Notes: generated by a model from the sequence alone, not told the origin. Positions 37,809 through 47,389 are shown, counted from the stretch's first letter. The stretch: 64,000 nucleotides of DNA from Candidatus Woesebacteria bacterium (GCA_013374835.1 CP055307.1:813304-877303), one strand, 5' to 3'. Numbers and translations: made by a program.

Positions 37809-39773
37809 ATGCCTAGAACTTATAAAAAAACAATATCTTTTTTTTACAAATTACTTTTTTTCTTAACGCCATTTATTTTTTTACCTTTTACAAGCGAGAT
37901 TTTTGAGTTTAATAAATTAGTTTTTATCTATTTTTTGGCTTTGACAATTTTATTTTTGTGGATTTTAAGGTCTTTAACTGAAAGAAAAATTATTTTTAGT
38001 CGCACAATATTAGACTTGCCTTTACTTTTTTTTATTTTATCCCAAGCCGTTTCCACTTATTTTTCAATAGATACAAGAACTTCTGTTTTCGGGTATTATT
38101 CACGGTTCAACGGCGGTTTTTTATCCAGTATCGCCTACTCAGTTTTGTACTGGGGGTATGTTTCTAATGTCGCGAGTAAAGAAAGCCGTGTAATGTTAAG
38201 AAATTCCATATTTTCAGGTTCAATTCTATCAATTTGGGCCGGATTTGAACATTTCGGCAAAAGCCCGAGCTGTTTTATTTTAAAGGGAGAATTGGGTGCT
38301 GACTGCTGGGTACAAGACGTTACTCACAGAGCTTTTGCAAGTTTTGGGCAGCCTAATTGGCTTGCTGCTTGGCTTGTAACAATTACTCCTCTAAGTTTTT
38401 TGATGTTTAAGGGAAAGATTAGTATCTTAATCTTTGGGTTAATTTACAGTGCGATTTTATTCACTAAATCAAGATCCGGGCTTTTGGGGTTTTTGTTCAC
38501 CTATCTAGTTTATCTTTTTCTTACAAGAAAACGGATAGCTTTTCTTGGAATATTTATAATTGCAATAATTTCAGCGATTTTTGGGACACCTTGGTCAAAC
38601 TCTGTGATAACCAAAGGCCGTGCCTATGAAGAGCCGGGTGCAGACGTTTTAATAACAGAAAGTAGCGACATAAGAAAAATAATTTGGAAAGGGGCTTTTG
38701 ATATTTTTAAAAACTATCCCTTATTCGGCTCGGGGGTTGAGACTTTTGCGTTTTCATATTACAAATATAGGCCTGTTGAACATAACTTAACCAGCGAGTG
38801 GAATTACATTTATAACAAAGCGCACAATGAATACCTAAATTATCTTGCCACAACCGGTATTTTCGGCTTTTTGGCCTATATGTTAATCATTGCCGCTTCG
38901 ATCAAAATGATTGTTATTTCCAAGTACGATTATAAAAATGCACTTTTGGCCGGATATCTAGGGCTTTTAATAACAAACTTTTTCGGATTCAGCGTGGTTT
39001 CCACTTCGATAACCTTTTTTCTTTATCCGGCATTATGCAAAAAAGACGAAAAACCAATAAAAAGTAGCTTAAAAATTAAAAGTTCTTCAGTGGCATTGAG
39101 TATAGTTTTTTTGTTAATCGCTTATGTTTTTGGGCTAGTTTTGATTGCGCGATATTATGCTTCTGATTACTATTATGCAAAGGCTATAAAGAGCTTATCG
39201 CGTAAAGATTACGCTGAATCGGAATATTTTTTTAATAAGGCTTTAGGTTTAAACAACGAGCCTCTTTACTGGGCGCATTTTTCTTCAGCTTTATCGGCAA
39301 AAGCTCTAGATGAATTTTTTAGCGGTATTGATTATCAAGAAACGGTAGCTAACGCAGAATACGCCTCCGAAAAGGCATATTCACACTCACCCAGAAACAT
39401 AAAAATTCTTCAGATAATATCAAATTCTTATGTCGACATGTCCCAGATTGACGGCAAATATTTATTTAAATCTATTGAGATACTCAAAAGAATCATTGAT
39501 TTGTCCCCTACTGACCCAAGAAATTACTATGTTTTAGCGCTTAGCTACGCTAAAGCTGGGAATTCTGAAAAAGCAATAGAGCACCTTAAAAAAGTTTACT
39601 TTATTAAACCTGACTATGAAAAGGCTTTTATCTTTCTATCAGTTTTGTACGCCCAGCGGGGTGATTATAAGTCTGCCGTTTCGACGCTTGAGTATATAAA
39701 AGAGCATATTACTCAAAACAACAAATTTGTGAATGAAAAATATTCAGAATATTCGCGCTTAATTGAACAGTGA
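37809..39773 (+). CDS. O-antigen ligase/Wzy_C-like polytopic membrane protein with C-terminal TPR repeats
   Basis: At least ten TM helices with a large loop containing ...NEYLNYLATTGIFG.... The C-terminal roughly 200 aa are TPR-like (ALSYAKAGNSEKAIEHLKKVYFIKPDYEKAF). Confidence 0.7.
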   Translation: MPRTYKKTISFFYKLLFFLTPFIFLPFTSEIFEFNKLVFIYFLALTILFLWILRSLTERKIIFSRTILDLPLLFFILSQAVSTYFSIDTRTSVFGYYSRFNGGFLSSIAYSVLYWGYVSNVASKESRVMLRNSIFSGSILSIWAGFEHFGKSPSCFILKGELGADCWVQDVTHRAFASFGQPNWLAAWLVTITPLSFLMFKGKISILIFGLIYSAILFTKSRSGLLGFLFTYLVYLFLTRKRIAFLGIFIIAIISAIFGTPWSNSVITKGRAYEEPGADVLITESSDIRKIIWKGAFDIFKNYPLFGSGVETFAFSYYKYRPVEHNLTSEWNYIYNKAHNEYLNYLATTGIFGFLAYMLIIAASIKMIVISKYDYKNALLAGYLGLLITNFFGFSVVSTSITFFLYPALCKKDEKPIKSSLKIKSSSVALSIVFLLIAYVFGLVLIARYYASDYYYAKAIKSLSRKDYAESEYFFNKALGLNNEPLYWAHFSSALSAKALDEFFSGIDYQETVANAEYASEKAYSHSPRNIKILQIISNSYVDMSQIDGKYLFKSIEILKRIIDLSPTDPRNYYVLALSYAKAGNSEKAIEHLKKVYFIKPDYEKAFIFLSVLYAQRGDYKSAVSTLEYIKEHITQNNKFVNEKYSEYSRLIEQ

Positions 39774-40329
39774 TATAATTTATACTTATATGATACTTAA
39801 AATTGTTGATATAAAACATCCTGCTCTTCGAAAAAAATCCAAAGAGGTGGTAAAAATCGATAAAAAGATAAAATCTCTTGTTTCGGACATGAAAGAAACT
39901 CTGCTTTCTCAAAAAGACCCTGAGGGGGTTGGGCTTGCAGCACCCCAAGTGGGGAAAAATTTGAAAATATTTATCATGCACTATCCAGAAGCGGGGATAA
40001 TTACAAAAGAGGTTATAAACCCAAAAGTTATTAGTATATCTAAAAAAAAGATAAAACCTAAAAACAAAAGGAACGAAAATATACTTGAGGGCTGTTTATC
40101 AATCCCCCATTTTTATGGACCTATCAAGCGCGCATCTAAAATCACTATTGAATATCAAAATATTGAGGGGGAAAAAATTAAAGAACAGTTTAGCGGTTTT
40201 CCCGCACAAATAGTGCAACATGAGATGGATCACCTTATCGGCGTGATATTTGTTGACCACATACTTAAAAACAAATCTCCGCTTTATCATATTAAAGGCA
40301 ATGAGTGGGAAGAGGTAGAGCTAACATGA
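39763..40329 (+). CDS. def: peptide deformylase
   Basis: GVGLAAPQVG, EGCLSIP and QHEMDHL motifs. Confidence 0.85.
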   Translation: MNSDIIYTYMILKIVDIKHPALRKKSKEVVKIDKKIKSLVSDMKETLLSQKDPEGVGLAAPQVGKNLKIFIMHYPEAGIITKEVINPKVISISKKKIKPKNKRNENILEGCLSIPHFYGPIKRASKITIEYQNIEGEKIKEQFSGFPAQIVQHEMDHLIGVIFVDHILKNKSPLYHIKGNEWEEVELT

Positions 40330-41249
40330 AAATCGTATTTTTCGGCACACCTTACTATTCGGCAAATATTTTGAAGCTTCTTTATAAAAATTATAATAGG
40401 AACGGTGGAATTATCGGAGTTGTTACACAGCCTCCTAAACCGGTAGGCAGAAAACAGTTTCTTGAATACAGCCCTGTTGACAATTTCGCCCATAAAAGAA
40501 AAATACCAATATTTAGAGATTTTACCGATATACCAAAAGCAGACTTAGGTATTTTAGCTGCTTATGGAAACATTGTTCCCAAGATGGTTTTGGAAAAATT
40601 TAAGTATGGGATACTAAATATCCATCCCTCGCTTTTGCCAAAATATAGAGGTGCTTCTCCTGTCCAAGCAGCAATCGCCGCCGGGGAGCGCTTTAGTGGA
40701 GTTAGCGTAATCAAGATGGATGAGAAGCTTGACCATGGACCAATTGTTTCCAGCTTTAAAGAGGAGATAAGACCGGATGATACACAGGGTTCTTTAACGG
40801 AAAGATTGTTTGAAAGATCCGGAGAATTTATCTTGCGACTTATCCCGAGCTATATCAGCGGAAAAATTAAGCTTAAAGCGCAGGACGAATCCTCTGCAAG
40901 CTTTACTACTCCAATAAAAAGGGAACACGGATTTATTTTACCGGAATTTATTAAGAATGCTCTAGAGGGAAAAGAGTCGTCCAAGGATTGGGATATAGCT
41001 TTTTTGAAAAATTTTACTCAAAAAGCAAACGCAATAACTATCGAAAGATTTATCAGGGCGACAAATCCCTGGCCAGTTGCTTTTAGCGAAATTACTTTAG
41101 CTGGGAGGATAAAAAAAAGGCTTAAAATATTTTCAGCGAGAATTGAGGACAAAAAGTTAATTTTGGAGCGTGTTCAGCTGGAGGGTAAAAACACAGTTAG
41201 CTACAAACAGTTTATGGAAGGGTATCCTGAAGCTAGATTTGAAAAATAG
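40326..41249 (+). CDS. fmt: methionyl-tRNA formyltransferase
   Basis: MKIVFFGTP N-terminus and the HPSLLPKYRGASP formyltransferase motif. Start placed at the ATG at 40326. Confidence 0.85.
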   Translation: MKIVFFGTPYYSANILKLLYKNYNRNGGIIGVVTQPPKPVGRKQFLEYSPVDNFAHKRKIPIFRDFTDIPKADLGILAAYGNIVPKMVLEKFKYGILNIHPSLLPKYRGASPVQAAIAAGERFSGVSVIKMDEKLDHGPIVSSFKEEIRPDDTQGSLTERLFERSGEFILRLIPSYISGKIKLKAQDESSASFTTPIKREHGFILPEFIKNALEGKESSKDWDIAFLKNFTQKANAITIERFIRATNPWPVAFSEITLAGRIKKRLKIFSARIEDKKLILERVQLEGKNTVSYKQFMEGYPEARFEK

Positions 41250-41472
41250 CTTCCTTTTTATCTTTTTTTAACCTTTTAATGCATCTTGTGCATATGTAAA
41301 CTTTTTTGTTTATTCCGTTTACCTTTAGCGTAATAGGTTGAAGATTTGGTTTGAAAACACGTTTTGTGGGGGTAACTTTATTTTTCCAACGCTTACCCGC
41401 CACACCTCTTCGGTGCTTTCGGCTTTTTCCTACGACCGAACTTTTGTGACAAATAAAACAAACGCTTGCCAT
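41233..41472 (-). CDS. rpmB: 50S ribosomal protein L28
   Basis: Pattern CxICxK...GxxxSH...PNLQ...VCTRC, typical of zinc-ribbon L28. Confidence 0.75.
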   Translation of the reverse strand: MASVCFICHKSSVVGKSRKHRRGVAGKRWKNKVTPTKRVFKPNLQPITLKVNGINKKVYICTRCIKRLKKDKKEAIFQI

Positions 41473-41532
41473 ATAAACTCCTTTAGATAATAGACAAGTT
41501 CATATTATAATAGTAAAGTTATAGATTCACAA

Positions 41533-42171
41533 ATGCTTGATACACTCTTTTCAAACCCAGCCTCATTTTTTATATGGATAGCCGCTCTTGTTTCGGCTAT
41601 TACGGTTCATGAGTTTGCCCATGCTTGGACTGCCGTTAAGCTTGGAGACCCTACTCCGAAGATTCAGGGAAGACTTACATTAAATCCACTGGCACACCTT
41701 GATCCCTTAGGGACATTAATGCTTCTTGTTGTGCGTTTCGGCTGGGGAAAGCCTGTACAATTTGACCCATATAATTTGGCCAATCCCAGGCGCGATGCGG
41801 CTATTATTTCTCTGGCCGGGCCATTTAGCAATCTCTTTTTTGCCGCAATTTTATCTATAATAATTCATTTTGTTGTTACGCCTTTTTCGCTACTTGCTAC
41901 AATACTTACACCTTTTATTTTTTTGAATATTATCCTTGCCGTTTTTAATCTACTGCCCATTCATCCTCTTGACGGCGGGAAAATACTTGTCGGATTTTTA
42001 CCAGAAAAGGACGCGCATACTGTAGATATTTTTTTAAAACAGTATGGAATTTTTATACTAATTTTGCTTATTTTCCCTATCTGGAGCGGAGTTTCTCCCG
42101 TTTTTACGATTCTATCTCCAATAATTAATTTCCTTCTTTCCATATACATACCCGGTGTAATGGCACTTTGA
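41533..42171 (+). CDS. site-2 protease family (peptidase M50) membrane metalloprotease
   Basis: HEFAHAW HExxH in a TM helix and a later LLPIHPLDGG motif. Confidence 0.75.
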   Translation: MLDTLFSNPASFFIWIAALVSAITVHEFAHAWTAVKLGDPTPKIQGRLTLNPLAHLDPLGTLMLLVVRFGWGKPVQFDPYNLANPRRDAAIISLAGPFSNLFFAAILSIIIHFVVTPFSLLATILTPFIFLNIILAVFNLLPIHPLDGGKILVGFLPEKDAHTVDIFLKQYGIFILILLIFPIWSGVSPVFTILSPIINFLLSIYIPGVMAL

Positions 42172-42209
42172 TTTTTCGTGTTATAATAATAATGACCCTG
42201 CTAAAGGGA

Positions 42210-42372
42210 GGATAGCTAGGCACATTTCCTGACTAAAAATCACTCCGGGAGCCCCGCTCAGGGCGGAGCGCTTCGAAGAAATTCGAAGCAGACGGGTGTC
42301 CGATTTCCCGAGGGAGACGGACCAGTCTAGCCCACCTGGTCTAGTACCAGGAAATCGCCTAGTTCCCGCGGC
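42210..42372 (+). ncRNA. ffs: structured GC-rich RNA, most consistent with signal recognition particle RNA (ffs)
   Basis: A GC island in AT-rich DNA. A long-range helix pairs CTAGGCACATTTCCTG (42218-42233) with CAGGAAATCGCCTAG (42349-42363). An internal hairpin CTTCGAA-GAAA-TTCGAAG carries a GNRA tetraloop and is followed by AAGCAGAC, resembling the GGAA/GAAGCAGCC domain IV motif. Ends are approximate. Confidence 0.4.
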
Positions 42373-42453
42373 GGGGTCGTACCGTTAAGTTTAAAAATCA
42401 AAATTAAAAATTATCTTCTTTGCTGATATAATATTCACATATGCTTTTGTTGT

Positions 42454-42526
42454 GCCTGGGTAGCTCAGTGGTTAGAGCACATGTTTTGTAAACATGGGGT
42501 CGTGGGTTCAAATCCCACCCTAGGCT
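42454..42526 (+). tRNA. tRNA-Thr (anticodon TGT)
   Basis: Manual cloverleaf: acceptor GCCTGGG/CCTAGGC, anticodon stem CATGT/ACATG with loop TTTGTAA, T-arm GGGTTCAAATCCC. Confidence 0.9.
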
Positions 42527-42546
42527 CAAGATAAAAATAAAGATTT

Positions 42547-42630
42547 GCCAAGGTGACGGAGTGGACAAACGTAGCAGTCTGTAAAACTGCCGGTCGAAAG
42601 GCCTACCCAGGTTCGAATCCTGGCCTTGGC
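42547..42630 (+). tRNA. tRNA-Tyr (anticodon GTA), long variable arm
   Basis: Acceptor GCCAAGG/CCTTGGC, anticodon loop CTGTAAA, long variable arm, T-arm CAGGTTCGAATCCTG. Confidence 0.9.
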
Positions 42631-42641
42631 ACAACTTCCTC

Positions 42642-43814
42642 TTACCAACAGATAAACCAAAGACAGCGTTTATTTTCTTCCTGAGGTTCTGGGGTAGATT
42701 TTGGGGATAATTTTGCCGTAGGACTTGGAGTGAATGTTGGGAATGGACTTCTCTCCTCTTGTTTTGTGATTGAAACTCCCTGTATTTCTTCACTGACTGG
42801 CTGTGACAACTTTAGATTGAAACTAGGAAGTGAATTAAAAAATTCGTCTTTAGAAACAGAAATAGATATCATTGAATCAGGAAAAAGATGAGGAACCATT
42901 ATCCAGGTTGAATCAGAATTTACAGTTGTTGTGAATGTTTTTGTTTGGCTGGGATCAGAATTGTTTACAACCTTTAGATTTACTTCTGCTCCTGAAAAGG
43001 CAATTCCTGTTATTGTTGGTTTAAGTGTTGTTAGTTGGTATAATGGTTTGATAAAAAGAGGATTAAAGCTGGATATTATTCCTGTATTTGATCCTGTTAT
43101 TTTGTTAATCTGGAGGGGAAACCAAGTGGAGGCAGACAATCCCCTGTTTCCTGCCGAATAAATCCCTTCTTTGGTTTGGAAATCAATGGTGTTACTTTCA
43201 AATGAATAACCCCATTTATCAAAAACCTTTACTTTGGCCTGATAAGTTCCTGGGGATAGGTTTATTGGTTCTGATTCAACAGTATTTGTTGTTTCAGAGA
43301 TAATAACATTTCCATCTGTTCCAATAAGATCCTTGGACACCTTTGAGATGTATTTATTCCAATTTCCATCTTTTCCAAGATATATTTCAAAATGGGAGAT
43401 ATTATCCTTAATATAATCAAGATTTTTAGATGGGATCTTAAATGAAATAATTGGTCTTTCTCCCGTTGTTTCAACAGAAAAAAGTGTAAAAGGCCAGAAG
43501 ATAAAAGCCTGCTCTTCCTCAACAGCTGATTGATATGATGTTGCCCTGATGTGGGCAGAAAAACCATAAGATTCACTCCACTGATCTTTTGGGGTAACAC
43601 CTGACCATGGTTCAAATTCATGGTGGAATTCATATATAGTTTGGGAATCAGAATTATCCCTTGATGTCAAATAAGTTGGAGTAACAAATCCTTGGTTATT
43701 GATATTAATCTCAATCTTTCTGATATTAAACTTTCCCCTCTCACCTAAAAGAGCATTACCAGAAAGCTTCATTCTTCCCCCATCAAGATTCTCAGGTGGA
43801 TAGTTGATATTCAA
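42642..43814 (-). CDS. hypothetical beta-rich (Ig-like) protein with C-terminal Pro/Ser/Thr linker
   Basis: Long ORF with Ig-like repetitive beta segments. C-terminus is SPFPTFTPSPTAKLSPKSTPEPQEE followed by only about 10 residues, ending 12 nt from tRNA-Tyr. Confidence 0.5.
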   Translation of the reverse strand: MNINYPPENLDGGRMKLSGNALLGERGKFNIRKIEININNQGFVTPTYLTSRDNSDSQTIYEFHHEFEPWSGVTPKDQWSESYGFSAHIRATSYQSAVEEEQAFIFWPFTLFSVETTGERPIISFKIPSKNLDYIKDNISHFEIYLGKDGNWNKYISKVSKDLIGTDGNVIISETTNTVESEPINLSPGTYQAKVKVFDKWGYSFESNTIDFQTKEGIYSAGNRGLSASTWFPLQINKITGSNTGIISSFNPLFIKPLYQLTTLKPTITGIAFSGAEVNLKVVNNSDPSQTKTFTTTVNSDSTWIMVPHLFPDSMISISVSKDEFFNSLPSFNLKLSQPVSEEIQGVSITKQEERSPFPTFTPSPTAKLSPKSTPEPQEENKRCLWFICW

Positions 43815-43844
43815 AGAAGGCGTTGTAATAGATTGATAGTCATT

Positions 43845-45044
43845 TTAAATAAGCACTCTTCGATTAACTTCATCGCCAATATAAAGTTTATTACCATCTA
43901 CAAAAGAAAAACACGGCTGACCCATCGTTCTACTGGTACGCCCCTCATAATTTACCATTCGAGTGTCGATATCAGGTTGGCCCAATACAGCATCTGCACT
44001 AGAATTATGGGAATTTGGCAAAGAATTAAATATTAAAACTCGATGATTACCCAAATCTGAAATAAAAATATTGTTTCCTTTTAAATAAACGTAAACGGGA
44101 GTTTTGAGAGTGTTTGCTCCACTTAAAGAACTTCCTTGATTAGCAGAATTAGAAAAAAAATTTTCTTGTCCTATAACAATGTCTGCAGGCTGATTATTAT
44201 AAGTAGGAAAGCTATTCCAAACAATAACCCTGTGATTATTTGTATCTGCCACCAATAAAATTTTCTGGTTGCTAAATACACTAGAAGGGTAAGACATTGA
44301 AGAAGGGCCAATACCCCCATGATTAATGTCCTTTGTATTAAAATCTGGCTGGCCAAGAACCATGTCAGCAGCTGCATTATTTTCAGTTGGGATATCATTA
44401 AATACCAAAACCCTGTTATTACCCGAATCGGCAATAAAAAGTTTATCTCCATCATAAAAAACGCCTTCAGGCTGCCAAAGAGTTCTGTTAGTTGGTGCTG
44501 ATAAACCTTGATTTGCTTTATTGCTCGAGAAATCCGGTTGTCCAATTACAATATCTGCATCCGCTTGATTATTCGAGGGAACACTATTGAAAACAAGGAC
44601 TCTGTTGTTATTTCTATCAGCAATTATAAGTTTCTCACTATCTGTAGTTAAACCAACAGGATGGCATAGGGTATGTGCACTTTTTCCTCCGTTATTGCAA
44701 GTGGAGGAAACAAAATCAGGTTGACCAAGAACTATGCTTGCAGGGGAACCATTCACCTGCGGAATTTCATTGAATATTAACACACGATGGTCTAATTGGT
44801 CAGAAACTATCAGTTTACTTCCAACAATAACTCCCCCTTGAACACCTTGTGACAATTTATCTTGTGCAGGGAAACTTACAGGATCAGAAACAAAATCCGG
44901 TTGCCCCACAACCACACTTGCTGACATATTGGTGTAGTAGGCCAATAATTGATGGTTAATGATTAATGGACAAAAAAATAAGAAGGTTAAACTTAAAAAT
45001 ATACTTATAAAATTTATTAAAGTTTGTGTGTAAAGCTGAAACAA
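43845..45044 (-). CDS. secreted NHL-repeat (six-bladed beta-propeller) protein
   Basis: N-terminal signal/anchor. Six roughly 48-aa repeats with [IV]V[LIV]GQPDF...NRVL[IV]FN. Confidence 0.7.
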   Translation of the reverse strand: MFQLYTQTLINFISIFLSLTFLFFCPLIINHQLLAYYTNMSASVVVGQPDFVSDPVSFPAQDKLSQGVQGGVIVGSKLIVSDQLDHRVLIFNEIPQVNGSPASIVLGQPDFVSSTCNNGGKSAHTLCHPVGLTTDSEKLIIADRNNNRVLVFNSVPSNNQADADIVIGQPDFSSNKANQGLSAPTNRTLWQPEGVFYDGDKLFIADSGNNRVLVFNDIPTENNAAADMVLGQPDFNTKDINHGGIGPSSMSYPSSVFSNQKILLVADTNNHRVIVWNSFPTYNNQPADIVIGQENFFSNSANQGSSLSGANTLKTPVYVYLKGNNIFISDLGNHRVLIFNSLPNSHNSSADAVLGQPDIDTRMVNYEGRTSRTMGQPCFSFVDGNKLYIGDEVNRRVLI

Positions 45045-45132
45045 AACCTACTTAGCCGATTTTTTATTTATAAATATACATACCTTGTGATTCATTCTAA
45101 GTAAATTTTGAAATAAAGATCAAGGCATCTTT

Positions 45133-46053
45133 TTAATGTGTATCTCGCACCAGTTCCGGTTGAACAAAAGCGTTCATATAGGTTTCTATGAATTCTTCGT
45201 TTATAATTTTACCTTTTTTGTTTACTGTTAATTTTACTAACAATCCTTTTTTTGTTTCTTCGCTCCACATTTGATCAAAAACCAAATTACCAAGCGAGTA
45301 ATAAATTGGTTTTCCTTCTAGATACTCTATCTTTTGTACCCAGTGCGGGTGATGACCAGCAATTACGTCTGCCCCGCTCTCAACTATTTTTTTAGCCAAA
45401 TCTTTTTGATAAATTTCAGGCTCAGATTTATACTCCACTCCCCAGTGGATACCGACAACAAGAAAATCAACTTCTTTTTTTGATTCTGAAATCAGCTTAA
45501 AATCTAAATCTTTAGGAGTGTTTGTTAAAAAATCGAATCCGAGAAAACCTATTTTTATATCCCCTACTTTTATTGTTTCAAGATTATCAAAGCCAACAAA
45601 TTTTATCCCAGATTGGTCCAAAATTTTTTTTGTTTCTTCTATCCCTTCTTGTCCGTAATTACTCGCATGGTTGTTGGAAAGAGTTACAACGTCAACTCCA
45701 GCGAATAACAAACCTTCAATCATTTTTGGATCTGTGCAAAATTTAAATCCACTATCTGTTTTTGGACAACCGGATACGATAGGGTTTTCAAGATTAACAA
45801 AAAAAATATCGGCACTTTTTGTTAAATTTGCAATTTTTCTAAACGGATAAGCATAATCTCCTGTCTTAATACTTTCTATCATTACAGATCTAGCGAGCAT
45901 TACGTCCCCTCCGAGAAGGATTGTGGCCGTTAATTCCTGTTGAAGTTTAGACTTGGACAAAGGGGTTGTTTTAGGTACATTTTTATTAAGAAACAAGGAT
46001 GAAATTGCCAATACAAAAATAAAAATTACTAAAATTGAAGCTGCTATTTTCAT
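45133..46053 (-). CDS. capA: CapA/PgsA-family metallophosphatase (poly-gamma-glutamate capsule biosynthesis-like)
   Basis: N-terminal anchor and the CapA pattern ILLGGDVML...FVNLENP...GHHPHW. Confidence 0.75.
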   Translation of the reverse strand: MKIAASILVIFIFVLAISSLFLNKNVPKTTPLSKSKLQQELTATILLGGDVMLARSVMIESIKTGDYAYPFRKIANLTKSADIFFVNLENPIVSGCPKTDSGFKFCTDPKMIEGLLFAGVDVVTLSNNHASNYGQEGIEETKKILDQSGIKFVGFDNLETIKVGDIKIGFLGFDFLTNTPKDLDFKLISESKKEVDFLVVGIHWGVEYKSEPEIYQKDLAKKIVESGADVIAGHHPHWVQKIEYLEGKPIYYSLGNLVFDQMWSEETKKGLLVKLTVNKKGKIINEEFIETYMNAFVQPELVRDTH

Positions 46054-46105
46054 TTTCTTATTATAAAATATGACTTGTAATAACAGTTATTATTTGTAAA
46101 ACCTT

Positions 46106-46177
46106 GCCTGGGTAGCTCAGGGGTAGAGCACTTTCTTGGTAAGAAAGGGGTCGCGGGTTCAAATCCCGCCTCAGGCT
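46106..46177 (+). tRNA. tRNA-Thr (anticodon GGT)
   Basis: Acceptor GCCTGGG/CTCAGGC, anticodon stem CTTTC/GAAAG with loop TTGGTAA, T-arm GGGTTCAAATCCCGC. Confidence 0.9.
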
Positions 46178-46300
46178 CAGATGGCTAATTATCAAGAGGC
46201 TTCAATTTACAAAAAATATATGTTAAAATCTGAACTCATGGCAAAAAGGCTGTATAAAAAAAAGCCTTGAGCATTAAGCTTTTTGCTTTTAGATAACCAA

Positions 46301-46474
46301 AATGGCACAAAATAGGACAGATAAAATAGTTGCGCTTGTTTGTAGCGAGTGCAAGAGACAAAACTATATCACCACCCGAAATAAGAGGAATATGGAGGGG
46401 AAGCTTGTGCTTAAAAAGTACTGTAAATTCTGTAAAAAGACTACTGAGCATAAAGAATCTTCAAAGCTTAAGTA
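46301..46474 (+). CDS. rpmG: 50S ribosomal protein L33 (zinc-ribbon type)
   Basis: 57-aa ORF MAQNRTDKIVALVCSECKRQNYITTRNKRNMEGKLVLKKYCKFCKKTTEHKES, absent from the ORF track. It has the L33 CxxC...CxxC and TxKNKR pattern. Confidence 0.85.
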
Positions 46475-46477
46475 GAA

Positions 46478-46906
46478 ATGGTAGAATACAATCCCGATCA
46501 CCCGAATGCTAATATCCACGGAATGGTGGGAGAGGGCGGTGAACCAACCTGTGAAACCAAAAATGGTAATTTATGCACCGGCTGCTGCCACGCTCTTGAG
46601 GTAAGAGATACAAACTCTGGTTTTAAAAAGAATGCAGGAAAGCCGTGTGAGCATCAATTGTATGGACAGGGTTGTAGGTTTATATTGGAAAATACAAGTG
46701 GTAGACCTTCTATTTGCGAAGCGTATCACTGCTCTTCGGATATCTATAAACTAGCTACAAGCCCCGATCCCAAAATAAAATATGCCGCATTTCAAAGAAT
46801 TGCAATGTCTTTAACAGCTGCAAATTATAATGGAGAGATAACAGATAAGGAATATAATGATTTACTTAATCGGTTTAGTCCTCAACTATTTGTTCGGCAA
46901 GAATAG
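46478..46906 (+). CDS. hypothetical Cys-rich protein
   Basis: Starts 4 nt after rpmG. Has nine Cys in the first 90 residues (CETKNGNLCTGCCH...CEHQLYGQGC...CEAYHC). Confidence 0.5.
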   Translation: MVEYNPDHPNANIHGMVGEGGEPTCETKNGNLCTGCCHALEVRDTNSGFKKNAGKPCEHQLYGQGCRFILENTSGRPSICEAYHCSSDIYKLATSPDPKIKYAAFQRIAMSLTAANYNGEITDKEYNDLLNRFSPQLFVRQE

Positions 46907-47174
46907 TTATTAAAAAATTGTGCCTTTCTCTTGCGATTTCTTTTAATCTTTTGCTAAGTTCTTCTCTATCCACTTCAAATGGTGACACATCTAAATCTGC
47001 TATCTTGACAGCCAAGGCTACTGCATTAAACCTTTGACTCGGGTTAAGCTCTATTCCGTTGACGGTTAATTGCACTTGACTATTTATTCTATCTCCTAAA
47101 CTTTCTATACTCAATATCACGCACCTCCTTTTAATTAAAATTAGAAAAAATTTTTTACTTTTTACAAGCGGCAT
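46875..47174 (-). CDS. hypothetical small protein
   Basis: Only ORF covering 46907-47174. Overlaps the convergent gene by 32 nt. No motif. Confidence 0.3.
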   Translation of the reverse strand: MPLVKSKKFFLILIKRRCVILSIESLGDRINSQVQLTVNGIELNPSQRFNAVALAVKIADLDVSPFEVDREELSKRLKEIARERHNFLITILAEQIVED

Positions 47175-47318
47175 TTAATTGCTATAATGATTTTTGGGGT
47201 AATCACCCCCTTTGCTCCAGCCAAAAAATTTTGCATTAGTACTAAAGCAGCGCTTAATCAAAGGGCATGGTGAAAAACTAGACTGTCTGAAAGATTCGGG
47301 ATAAAATATATATTGTTT

Positions 47319-47389
47319 AGGTCTGTCGTTCAGTGGTAGGACCCGGGTCTCCAAAACCCGTGACGGGGGTTCGATTCCCTCCAGACCTG
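47319..47389 (+). tRNA. tRNA-Trp (anticodon CCA)
   Basis: Acceptor AGGTCTG/CAGACCT, anticodon stem CGGGT/ACCCG with loop CTCCAAA, T-arm GGGGGTTCGATTCCCTC, discriminator G. Found in the classic position upstream of secE-nusG. Confidence 0.9.

Noticed and set aside
42240-42290. RNase P RNA P4-like segment ACTCCGGGAGCC
   Set aside because: It only loosely resembles GGAAAGUCCGGGCUCC. The region is too short (under 280 nt available) and lacks the ACAGAA-CCGGCUUA partner, so an SRP-type RNA fits better.
42404-42793. 129-aa minus-strand ORF
   Set aside because: It lies over tRNA-Thr and tRNA-Tyr and the GC-rich structured RNA; the ORF comes from GC-rich RNA-gene sequence.
44171-44545. 124-aa ORF inside the NHL-repeat gene
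   Set aside because: Same strand but a different frame within a repeat-rich, well-supported longer ORF.
42631-46105. Integrative mobile element at tRNA-Tyr
   Set aside because: No integrase, recombinase or transposase ORF and no convincing direct repeat of the tRNA 3' end. It is kept only as a possibly variable surface-protein block.
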